Part shown: positions 27,429 to 35,182 of the stretch, in pieces | Layout of the letters: each line of letters opens with the position of its first letter | How positions within the stretch are numbered: position 1 is the stretch's first letter | Assembly: GCA_045806505.1 (NCBI GenBank) | Contig: JBJMJE010000187.1 | Coordinates: 1-51,030 of the forward strand | From: Gaiellaceae bacterium | Lineage (GTDB): Bacteria > Actinomycetota > Thermoleophilia > Gaiellales > Gaiellaceae | Direction: 5' to 3' | Length of the DNA stretch: 51,030 bases | Notes under the pieces: generated by a model | Told to the model about the DNA's origin: nothing | What the model saw: the letters and a program-made list of their open reading frames with translations, nothing else | Database searches by the model: none | Position numbers and translations under genes: made by a program

Positions 27429-29126
27429 ATGCCTGAGATGCTGAAGCCTGTCGACGTGGTCGTGATCGGCCTGGGAGCAGGGGGTGGCACGGCAGTCTGG
27501 CCGCTGGCGGATGCGGGTATGAAGGTGGCGGCGATCGAGGCGGGTCCGCACGTGACCGTGCGGGATCATCCCTTCGACGAGATCAGAAACGACATCCGCG
27601 ACTCCTGGGGCCGGTTCAAGGCGAATCTCGAAGTGCCGACGACAAGGCCGAACGCGCGTGTGCAAGCGACTCGTCCACTCGGAGCGGTCGGGCCGATGAT
27701 GAACGCGGTCGGCGGAACCTCTATTCACTGGATGACGCAGAGCTGGCGCTTCCTGCCGTGGAACTTCAAGCTCGTCTCGGAGTCGAAGAAACGTTACGGG
27801 GCGAGCGCGATTCCGAAAGATTCGACATCGATCGACTGGCCATTCGACTACAACGAGCTCGAGCCGTACTACGACAAGCACGAGTACCTGGCCGGGGTCT
27901 CCGGTCAACACGGAAACCTCCAGGGCTCCATCGATCCGCGCGGCAACATCTACGAAGGGCCGCGCAAGCGGCGTTACCCGAACCCGCCGCTTCGACGCAC
28001 CGGCTTCACCGAGATGACGCATGCCGGCGCACAGGCGCTCGGCTGGCATCCCTATCCCGGCCCGGCCGGGATTCGCTCGCAGACCTACCACGGTAAGCCC
28101 GAATGCAGCTATTGCGGCTTCTGTGGCTGGACCGGCTGCTGGACGAACGCGAAGGTGTCGACGAACGTCGATTACATCCCGCTGGCGATGAAGACGAAGA
28201 ACCTCAAGATCTACGACTTGGCGCACGCCCTCAGCATCGAGGTCGACGAGCAAGGGCGCGCCTCGGGCGTGCTCTTCTTGAAGGGCAGGCGAGAGTACTT
28301 CCAGCCGGCAAAGGTCGTGGTGCTGGCGGGATACACGTATGGCAACGTTCGCATGTTGCTCCTCTCGACCTCGAAGGCGTTTCCCAAAGGTCTGTCCAAC
28401 AACCACGGCCAGGTCGGCAAGCACTACATCGCGCACGGCCTCGGCTCAGCCGGAGCAACGGGCTGGTTCCCCGGCAAACGTCTAAACCGCTACAGCGGAT
28501 CGCTGGGGCAGTTCACCGCCTTCGACGACCTCGACGCAGACAACTTCGATCACACAGGCCTCGGCTTCATCGGTGGGGGCATGTGCAGCGCGACGATGGA
28601 AGGCAAACCGATTGGCACTGCCAACGCAACGCCGCCGAGCGTGCCCCGTTGGGGGTCGGGCTGGAAGGCGTGGCTGGCCGAGAATGCCGATACCGTCGCC
28701 GGCGTCGGCTCGCAGCTCGAGGTGCTCTCCTATGAGGACAACTTCCTCGATCTCGATCCAGGAGTGGCAGATCCGCTGGGGCGACCTGTTTTGCGGATCA
28801 CCAATAACTTCCACGACAACGAATTCCGGCTCTCGGACTACATCCAGAAGAAGATGGTCGCATGGCTCAAGGCGGCCGGGGCCGCCGAGGTGTGGACTGC
28901 ACCCCAAGGTGCCCGATCCCTCAGCACACATGCCTTCGGCGGCACACGGATGGGCGACGACCCGAGCGTGAACGTCGTCGATCGTTGGGGGATGTCGCAC
29001 GAGGTACCCAACTTGGCGATCCTCGGCGGTTCGACGTTCCCGAGCTCCGCGGGCCGCAATCCCACGCAGACAATTCAAGCGACGGCGTGGCGTACAGCAG
29101 ACCACGTTGTGCAGACGTTCAAGTAA
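27429..29126 (+). CDS. GMC-family FAD-dependent oxidoreductase (large subunit)
   Basis: ATG at 27429. FAD fold VDVVVIGLGAGGGTAVWPLADAG. The C-terminal GMC block is HAFGGTRMGDDP...NPTQTIQA. Confidence 0.85.
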   Translation: MPEMLKPVDVVVIGLGAGGGTAVWPLADAGMKVAAIEAGPHVTVRDHPFDEIRNDIRDSWGRFKANLEVPTTRPNARVQATRPLGAVGPMMNAVGGTSIHWMTQSWRFLPWNFKLVSESKKRYGASAIPKDSTSIDWPFDYNELEPYYDKHEYLAGVSGQHGNLQGSIDPRGNIYEGPRKRRYPNPPLRRTGFTEMTHAGAQALGWHPYPGPAGIRSQTYHGKPECSYCGFCGWTGCWTNAKVSTNVDYIPLAMKTKNLKIYDLAHALSIEVDEQGRASGVLFLKGRREYFQPAKVVVLAGYTYGNVRMLLLSTSKAFPKGLSNNHGQVGKHYIAHGLGSAGATGWFPGKRLNRYSGSLGQFTAFDDLDADNFDHTGLGFIGGGMCSATMEGKPIGTANATPPSVPRWGSGWKAWLAENADTVAGVGSQLEVLSYEDNFLDLDPGVADPLGRPVLRITNNFHDNEFRLSDYIQKKMVAWLKAAGAAEVWTAPQGARSLSTHAFGGTRMGDDPSVNVVDRWGMSHEVPNLAILGGSTFPSSAGRNPTQTIQATAWRTADHVVQTFK

Positions 29127-29134
29127 CCGGAAGC

Positions 29135-29157
29135 GGCCGGCGGTCTCCCCGCCGGCC
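29135..29157 (+). terminator. GC-rich hairpin after the GMC gene (no U-tract)
   Basis: ggccggcgg tctcc ccgccggcc: a 9-bp perfect stem that starts 9 nt after the stop. Confidence 0.4.
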
Positions 29158-29210
29158 CTTCCCCGCCCCCGGAGCATCGCTTCTGACTCGCCGGAGTAGC
29201 AGGTAGTCGC

Positions 29211-29444
29211 GTGGCAGTAACGGAGGTCATGCACGATCCCCACCGCGCCGACATCGAGGAGCGCGTCGAACAGCACGGTGTGACCCGCGCCGCGCCTTGC
29301 CTCATCTGCGGCGAATGGATCGAGTCCCGCGCAAGAGACGCGTATCGTGTGCTCGTGTCGAACCCACCACGCGGGGCAGAATATGCATGCCACGAAACGT
29401 GTTTTGAGGGCGTGCGACACTCGAGCGTTTCGAGCCCGGCGTAA
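29211..29444 (+). CDS. Hypothetical small Cys/His-containing protein
   Basis: 77-aa ORF with CLICGEW ... YACHETC. It has noticeably more A/T-ending codons than its neighbours and no homology argument. Confidence 0.25.
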   Translation: MAVTEVMHDPHRADIEERVEQHGVTRAAPCLICGEWIESRARDAYRVLVSNPPRGAEYACHETCFEGVRHSSVSSPA

Positions 29445-29479
29445 CAGCGCCGTTGCGCGCGACGCGCCGCCTGGTTGAG

Positions 29480-29587
29480 CGGAGGGGAAGGGATTTGAAC
29501 CCTCATCCGCCGATGACGAATAGCGGCTTTCCCCGCAACTGTGCTCGGCTTTCTAGCCGCTGAACTCTCCGCATCGGCTCCCTCCCC
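29480..29587 (-). ncRNA. tRNA-like element E1 (canonical T-arm and acceptor pairing, non-canonical body)
   Basis: Minus-strand reading: GGAGGGA...GAGGG-TTCAAAT-CCCTT-CCCCTCC-G. The T-arm is perfect. The acceptor has 6 of 7 pairs. A second helix (GCCGATG/CATCGGC) encloses 55 nt. I could not fold a D-arm or a 5-bp/7-nt anticodon arm, and the length is 106-108 nt. Confidence 0.4.
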
Positions 29588-29641
29588 GTCGCCTGGGTCG
29601 CCTAGAGCCGCGGCCGTTTATCCGCCGGGCGCGCCGGTTAC

Positions 29642-30910
29642 GTGGCTGCCATGCGCCGGTTCAGGATCGTGCACGCGTTCGCGCAGCGCCTCTGGATCAT
29701 CCCGTCGCTGGGCGTCCTGACCGGGATCGTGCTCTCACTCGTCACGGTCGCGATCGACCGCCGGAACGAGAACGGGCTGCTGTCGCAGAGCATCGTCGGC
29801 AACGCGGCGGACGCGCAGTCGATCCTGACCACGATCGCGACGGCGGTCGTGACGTTGACGTCGATCGTGCTGACGGTGACGCTCGTCGCGGTGCAGTTGG
29901 CGATGGGGCAGTTCTCGCCGCGGATCGTGCGCGCCCTGCTCGACGACCGCGGCGACCAGATCGCGATCGCCGTCTTCGGCGCAACCTTCACGTTCGCCGT
30001 CTTTTCGCTGCGCGCGGTCGACACCGGGCCGGGCGCGGCCGTGCCGGGCGTGACCGTGTTGACCGCGCTCGCGCTGGCGGCGGCAAGCGCGTTCGCGCTC
30101 TTGGCCTTCGTCCACCACGCGAGCCAGCAGCTGCGCGTCGGCGCGCTCGTCGACCTCGTCGGCGACGAGCTGCGAAGCCAGCTCGACCGCCGCTTCCCGC
30201 GCGAGTCGGACGTGCGCGAGGACACGTCGGTCCTGCCGTCGCGCCGCTCGGGCAACCTGATCCACTGCGACCGCGACGCACTCGTCGCCGAAGCGCGCCG
30301 GGCCGGCTGCACGCTCGAGCTGGTGCCGATGATGGGCGACTTCGTGATACGCGGGGCGCCCCTCGTGCGCGTGCAGGGCGACGGCGCACGGCTCGACCGG
30401 GAGCGCGTACGCCAGCTGATCGCGCTCGACAGCGAGCGAACGCACACGGACGACCCGGCGTACGGGTTCCGCAAGCTCGTAGACGTCGCGCAGCGAGCGC
30501 TCGGTACTGCGGCGAACGACGCGACCACGGCCGTCCAGGTCGTCAACCGACTGCAGGACTGCCTGCGGCAGATCGCCGACCGACCTTTCCCGAACGGCCA
30601 CGTCCGCGACGAGGACGACGAGCTGCGGCTGATCGAGCGCGTGCTCGACTGGGACGGCTACGTCCGGCTCGCGTTCGACGAGATCCGACTCGCCGCCGGC
30701 GGCTACCCGCAGGTGACACGGCGGCTCGAGGCAGCCCTCACTGACCTGAAGACGGTGGCGCCAGCGCAGCGGCAACCCGCGCTCGACCGCCAGCTGCGCC
30801 TGCTCGAGCGCGGCGTCGCGCAGGCTCTCGAAGACGAGGACGACCGCCGCGCCGCCCTCGTCGCCGACGCGCAGGGCATCGGCTCGGGCGCCGACGTCGC
30901 GGTCCGCTAG
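29642..30910 (+). CDS. DUF2254-family membrane protein
   Basis: 422 aa. LTVTLVAVQLAMGQFSPRIVRALLDD is typical of the family. It has N-terminal TM helices and a soluble C-terminal half. Confidence 0.75.
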   Translation: MAAMRRFRIVHAFAQRLWIIPSLGVLTGIVLSLVTVAIDRRNENGLLSQSIVGNAADAQSILTTIATAVVTLTSIVLTVTLVAVQLAMGQFSPRIVRALLDDRGDQIAIAVFGATFTFAVFSLRAVDTGPGAAVPGVTVLTALALAAASAFALLAFVHHASQQLRVGALVDLVGDELRSQLDRRFPRESDVREDTSVLPSRRSGNLIHCDRDALVAEARRAGCTLELVPMMGDFVIRGAPLVRVQGDGARLDRERVRQLIALDSERTHTDDPAYGFRKLVDVAQRALGTAANDATTAVQVVNRLQDCLRQIADRPFPNGHVRDEDDELRLIERVLDWDGYVRLAFDEIRLAAGGYPQVTRRLEAALTDLKTVAPAQRQPALDRQLRLLERGVAQALEDEDDRRAALVADAQGIGSGADVAVR

Positions 30911-30945
30911 CCGGGGCGAACAAACCGCTGCAACCGCCGCCCTTC

Positions 30946-31250
30946 TCAGGAAGAGGCGTCGAGCGAAGGCATGTAGCCGACGCAGCCTCCGGCCATTGCT
31001 GGAAGTAACAGCAGCGTCGCGCCGGGGTTGACGGTCGTGTCGAGTCCCTCGAGGGATTCGACATCCGTTCCGTCCACGTAAAGGTTCACGAAGGGCTGGA
31101 GCTCGCCCTGGTCAAGCAGTCGGCCTTCGAGACTCGGGAACGCTACGACGAGTCCTGCGAGGACGTCGCGGACGGTGTCGCCGGCGATCTCGACTCGCGC
31201 CGGCCGCCGGTCTCCGCGTGCAGTACGGGCGGTATGCGAACGGTTGTCAT
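30946..31250 (-). pseudogene. CysO-like MoaD/ThiS-family beta-grasp sulfur carrier with a frameshift near codon 18 and a 12-aa tail after Gly-Gly
   Basis: ATG at 31250 reads MTTVRIPPVLHAETGGRR (compare M. tuberculosis CysO, MNVTVSIPTILRPHTGG, as I recall it) and then hits a stop. The rest, VEIAGDTVRDVL...FVNLYVDGTDVESLEGLDTTVNPGATLLLLPAMAGG-CVGYMPSLDASS, lies in another frame, one missing base away within ccggcggccggcgcg at about 31195-31210. Confidence 0.55.
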
Positions 31251-31261
31251 ACCGCCACACC

Positions 31262-31671
31262 GCTCCGGGCGAGGATCGCGTCGGCCTCGGGTCGACTTCG
31301 ACCGTGCGACTCCGCCCGACCGCTGCTGTTCCTCTGTGAGGGAGACGTTGAAGTCGAAGTTGAAGCTGCTGTCGTTTGACGAGGCCCACGGGAAGGCTCC
31401 AGCCCATGCGCTGCTTGTACGCCTGCAGCTTGTCGAGCGGCGCGCGGGACACGGCCCAGAGCATCACGTCGTGGTTCGCGAGGTGGATGGCGAACCCGTT
31501 GAAGCCGTCGGCAAGCGCCGAGCACGCCGGACAGCCAGCCGTGTAGTCGGGCCCGAACATGAAGCGGTAGACGAGGAGCTGCGAACGTCCGCGGAACAGG
31601 TCGGCGAGCTGCTCGCTGCCTTCGTCCGTCTCGAACACGTACTCCTTGTCGAGCCTGACCTCGCGGCGCCG
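31262..31671 (-). pseudogene. DUF899 remnant (truncated at both ends, at least one internal frameshift)
   Basis: VRLDKEYVFETDEGSEQLADLFRGRSQLLVYRFMFGPDYTAGCPACS...YKQRMGW is followed by a frame change. FPWASSNDSSFNFDFNVSLTEEQ is read one base off at about 31388. An in-frame TGA lies upstream. The last third or so of the family is absent. Confidence 0.6.
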
Positions 31672-31716
31672 CCCGTTCCGGCCGCCTCAGCGCCGCTGGC
31701 GCGAGTTCGCGCTGAT

Positions 31717-31926
31717 CTACTCCGTACTCTCGACGGCGAAGGCGATGTTGACGGTCGTCTTGAAGTTCGAGATACGACCGTCTTCGACGTCGGCGCTCAT
31801 CGAGACGACGTCGGCGCCGGTGATGCCGCGCACCGTCTTCGCGGCTTCCTGCACCGCCTCGTCGGCGGCCCTTGCGAACGACTCGGACGAGTGCCCGATT
31901 ACCTGGATGACCTTCGCGACTGGCAT
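31717..31926 (-). CDS. Dodecin-family flavin-binding protein
   Basis: 69 aa with SD aaggaggg. MPVAKVIQVIGHSSESFARAADEAVQEAAKTVRGITGADVV...DGRISNFKTTVNIAF matches the dodecin pattern. Confidence 0.85.
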   Translation of the reverse strand: MPVAKVIQVIGHSSESFARAADEAVQEAAKTVRGITGADVVSMSADVEDGRISNFKTTVNIAFAVESTE

Positions 31927-32034
31927 CTGCCCTCCTTGGTCGGATTAACGATGGTTCTATGTCCGCCGCACAGCCAGGGGAATCTCTGCTCGACGAACGC
32001 ATTTGCTCGCGGCAGATCGCAGGTCTGCGCACAT

Positions 32035-33948
32035 TCATGACGGCAGGAGCACGGCCCGCGCGCCGGCTGCGCGCACGGCGGTCGAGAGAGTCGCGATGTC
32101 GTAGGCGCCGTAGTGGCGGTGTCCGTTGATGAAGAAGGTCGGCGTTCCCGAGACGCCGCTGAGGTCGGCGCTGTCGACGTCGTCGGCGATGTGCGCCGCG
32201 CCGACACGATCTCGAAGATCGTTCGCGAAGCGCTCGACGTCGAGCCCGAGTCTTTCGGCGTAGCGGATCAGGTCGTCGAGGCCGAGCGCGTCCTGGTTCT
32301 CGAGCAGCAGGTCGTGCAGCTGCCAGAACGCTCCTTGTTCGGCCGCTGCCTCGGTTGCTTCGGCCGCGAGCTGGGCGCGAGGGTGGACGTCGTTGAGCGG
32401 CAGGTGCCGCCAGACGTAGCGCACGTCTGCAAAGCCGCGAAGCAGGTCGCGCATCACGGACTCCGCCTGGCCGCAGTACGGGCACTGGAAGTCGCCGTAC
32501 TCGACGACGGTGATGGGCGCGTTCGTTGGTCCTCGTACATGGTCGCGCTGCGGGTCGACGTCGAGGTAGAGGTCGGTGAGCGGCTGGGCGTCGCCGAGCA
32601 GCACGCGCACGCGCGTGCGGCGCGGAAGCAGGGCGGTCGCGCGGAACAGCAGCCACGTCAACGCCGACGCGCCGAGCGCCGCGGAGAGGATCCCGAGCTT
32701 GGCCTCGTCGAGCTCGGCGCCGTGGAAGGCGAGCGTCGCGATCAGCAGGGACACCGTGAATCCGATTCCGGCGATCGTGCCGGCGCCGCCGACCGCCGCC
32801 CAGCCCACCGGCGGCCGCACCCGTCGACCCGTCAGCCTGGTCACGAGCCACGTCGCCGCGAAAATGCCGACCGGTTTGCCGAGCAGGTAGCCGAACAGGA
32901 TCCCGAGCGTGATCGGCGAGGTGAACGCCCGAGAGAGGAACCCGCCGTCGATCGCGATGCCTGCGTTGGAGAGCGCGAACAGCGGCACGATCGCGTAGCT
33001 CGTCCACGGGTGGTACAGCTGCTGGAGACGCTCGTTCGTCGACGTGGCGGCGCGCAGTTCGGCCGCGGCGGACCGGGCGAGGCCCGCCGTCGGCTGCTCC
33101 CGGAACTCGCGGAAGCGCTCGGTCGCGCGCTCGAGGCTCGGGCGCTGTACCGGATAGGCGAACGCGAGCACGCCCATCGCGAGACCGATCACCACGGGCT
33201 CGACGCCGGAGTCCAGCAGCGCCGCCCACGCGCCGGCGCCCAGGAGGAAGTAGACGATGCCGAGCTGCACGCCGAGCCCCCGCACAATCAGCACGGCCGC
33301 ATAGAACGCGGCGGCCATGGCGAGCCGCACCCAGTCGATTGCCTGCGAATAGGCCACGCCGATAACGAGCAGCGCGATTACGTCGTCCACGACGACGACC
33401 GTGAGCATGAACGCGCGCAGCCGGTCGGGAAAGCGCGGCCCGACGAGCGCGAGCATCCCCAGCGCGAACGCGGTGTCGGACGACATCGCGGCGCCCCAGC
33501 CGTGCGCCGACGGCCGGCCGGCGTTGATCGCCAGGTAGATCGCGATCGCTGCGGCGGCTCCGCCCACACCGGCGAGCAGCGGCAACGCAAAACGGCGCCG
33601 CTCGCGCAGCTCGCCGAGGTCGAACTCGCGCCGTGCCTCGAGCCCGACGACGAAGAAGAAGAACGTCATCAAGCCCTGATTCACCCATTCGCGCAGGTCG
33701 AGGCCGACGCCCCATCGTCCGAGGCGAACCGAGAAGGTCGTCGACCAGAACGAGTCGTACGAGTGCGCGTCGACGTTCACCCAAACGAGCGCGGCCGCCG
33801 ACGCGGTGAGCAGCACTGCGGCGCCGCCCGTCTCGGTCTGGAGGAAGTTCCGCAGCGGCGTCTGGATGCTCCGCGCCCACGCCGTTCGCCCGGTGAAGCG
33901 CCCATAAAGAGCGTCGGCTGCAGGTGAAGTGCGCGAAGAGTCGGCCAC
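32035..33948 (-). CDS. nhaA: NhaA Na+/H+ antiporter fused to a C-terminal DsbA-like thioredoxin domain
   Basis: NhaA core: LRNFLQTETGGAAVLL...VNQGLMTFFFFVVGLEARRE...ALSNAGI. The C-terminal domain is VVEYGDFQCPYCGQ...GTPTFFINGHRH. GTG 33948 is chosen as the first plausible start; the upstream part of track ORF ..34629 is shadow sequence. Confidence 0.85.
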   Translation of the reverse strand: MADSSRTSPAADALYGRFTGRTAWARSIQTPLRNFLQTETGGAAVLLTASAAALVWVNVDAHSYDSFWSTTFSVRLGRWGVGLDLREWVNQGLMTFFFFVVGLEARREFDLGELRERRRFALPLLAGVGGAAAAIAIYLAINAGRPSAHGWGAAMSSDTAFALGMLALVGPRFPDRLRAFMLTVVVVDDVIALLVIGVAYSQAIDWVRLAMAAAFYAAVLIVRGLGVQLGIVYFLLGAGAWAALLDSGVEPVVIGLAMGVLAFAYPVQRPSLERATERFREFREQPTAGLARSAAAELRAATSTNERLQQLYHPWTSYAIVPLFALSNAGIAIDGGFLSRAFTSPITLGILFGYLLGKPVGIFAATWLVTRLTGRRVRPPVGWAAVGGAGTIAGIGFTVSLLIATLAFHGAELDEAKLGILSAALGASALTWLLFRATALLPRRTRVRVLLGDAQPLTDLYLDVDPQRDHVRGPTNAPITVVEYGDFQCPYCGQAESVMRDLLRGFADVRYVWRHLPLNDVHPRAQLAAEATEAAAEQGAFWQLHDLLLENQDALGLDDLIRYAERLGLDVERFANDLRDRVGAAHIADDVDSADLSGVSGTPTFFINGHRHYGAYDIATLSTAVRAAGARAVLLPS

Positions 33949-34176
33949 GATCGCTTCACCGTAAGGGTGAACGGGGCCGCGACCGTGAACCTGCCGGCCG
34001 AGGAAGCTCGACGAGGGTAAGGCGCAGGACGCTTGCCACCAGCTCGCCGACCTGAAGCAGAAGATCGCCGAGCAGGGTTCGGGCAAGAACCCGGAGCCTC
34101 TTGTCTCGTCGCCCGGCGGCGGCGTACGCTCAGCGGCGAAGCGTTCCGCAGGGGAGCGTCGTGTGAAGGGGGGATC

Positions 34177-34758
34177 ATGATGTTCAGGTGGCTGCTTCCG
34201 GCTGCTCTGGCGGCCGGACTGGCCGTGCTCATCGTCGTGTCGAGCGGCGGTGCAGCACCTTCGCCGCAGGCGGTGACGGTCGCTAACTCTTCGTCGCATC
34301 CTGTCCCGGTGACCGTGCGGAGCACAGCGAAGGTGCGCGTGCAGAGCAGCGCCGCGGGCCCGGTGATCGTGAAGGAGACGACGACGCCGTTTCAACAACG
34401 GGTGACGGCGACCAGTTCGCCCGGCAGCGAGGCGTGTCAGGACATCGTGGTGCCTGCGGGGAGACGACTGACGATCGAGAGCTTCTCCGCCGAGATCTTC
34501 ACCACGGCCGCCGACCCCGCGGGTTACATCCTGAACGTGACGAAGCTGAACGATCCGAGCAACACCATGTTCTTCGACCGGACCGTGCGGCTTGCGCTGG
34601 CGAAGCACGCGAACCTCTGGGAGGGACATCTGAGCACGTTGCTCTTCAGCGGATCTACCGCCGGTAGCAAGGGCGCCACGTACTCCTACCGGGCGTGCGT
34701 CTCCGCATCGATCGTCCCGGCGGAGATGGACGGCGTCGTCACGGGCTACCTCGGATAA
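34177..34758 (+). CDS. Secreted hypothetical protein (beta-rich)
   Basis: ATG 34177 after gaagggggg. Signal peptide MMFRWLLPAALAAGLAVLIVVSSGGAAP. No recognisable family. Confidence 0.55.
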   Translation: MMFRWLLPAALAAGLAVLIVVSSGGAAPSPQAVTVANSSSHPVPVTVRSTAKVRVQSSAAGPVIVKETTTPFQQRVTATSSPGSEACQDIVVPAGRRLTIESFSAEIFTTAADPAGYILNVTKLNDPSNTMFFDRTVRLALAKHANLWEGHLSTLLFSGSTAGSKGATYSYRACVSASIVPAEMDGVVTGYLG

Positions 34759-34940
34759 ACGCGACCGGCCGAAGGCCCTTCATGACTGGGTCTGACTTGC
34801 GGCGACGTTGCACCCGCGATCGGAGCCGAGCTCGTTTGCACCCACGTCTACGACACTTCCACGGATTGGCCCACGCGGTCTCCGAAACCGCCGCAACGCC
34901 GGGAGCGGTGCGCTTTGTCGGGCGCACCGCGTGGGTTGAA

Positions 34941-35022
34941 CGGAGGGGAGGGACTCGAAGCCGCGAGGCGCCTAACGACGCCTAGCGATTTCGAGAGGAT
35001 CCGGCGCCGCGCTCGCCTCCCC
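34941..35022 (-). ncRNA. tRNA-like element E2 (degenerate relative of E1)
   Basis: On the plus strand, ggttgaacggaggggagggactcgaagccgc aligns with E1 ggttgagcggaggggaagggatttgaaccctc at 26 of 32 positions by hand. It has the same GGGGAGG 5' end and CCCCTCCG 3' end, but the T-stem does not pair. Length is 82 nt. Confidence 0.3.
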
Positions 35023-35182
35023 TGTAGCCGGTGATGCGCGGACGCGTCGGCTGACCGCCGGGGAGCTCGGCGGATTCCCGCATTCGAAGGGGCGGTCACG
35101 CCCCTCCCTGGAACACGCCCGTGCGCGGGATCCTGGTCGCGCGATGCAAATCCCCGCAGACAAACGGAAGGGAAGGATCACC

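Noticed and set aside
29480-29587. E1 as a selenocysteine tRNA (long, class II-like)
   Set aside because: I could build no anticodon loop with U33-UCA. No 6-bp D-stem with a 4-nt loop fits in the right position. The only TTCAAAT is the T-loop.
31247-33880. 877-aa ORF on the minus strand overlapping the NhaA-DsbA gene
   Set aside because: The translation is extreme Arg/Ala/Gly/Pro low complexity (RRRRSAAHRVGGRARLGERRR...), typical of an off-frame shadow in GC-rich DNA. The NhaA frame has clear family motifs.
29480-35022. E1/E2 as attL/attR of an intact integrative element
   Set aside because: The block contains no integrase, excisionase or other mobility genes, and the repeats are diverged (26 of 32) rather than identical. 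At most this is an ancient remnant, and it is kept only as a hypothesis in the findings.
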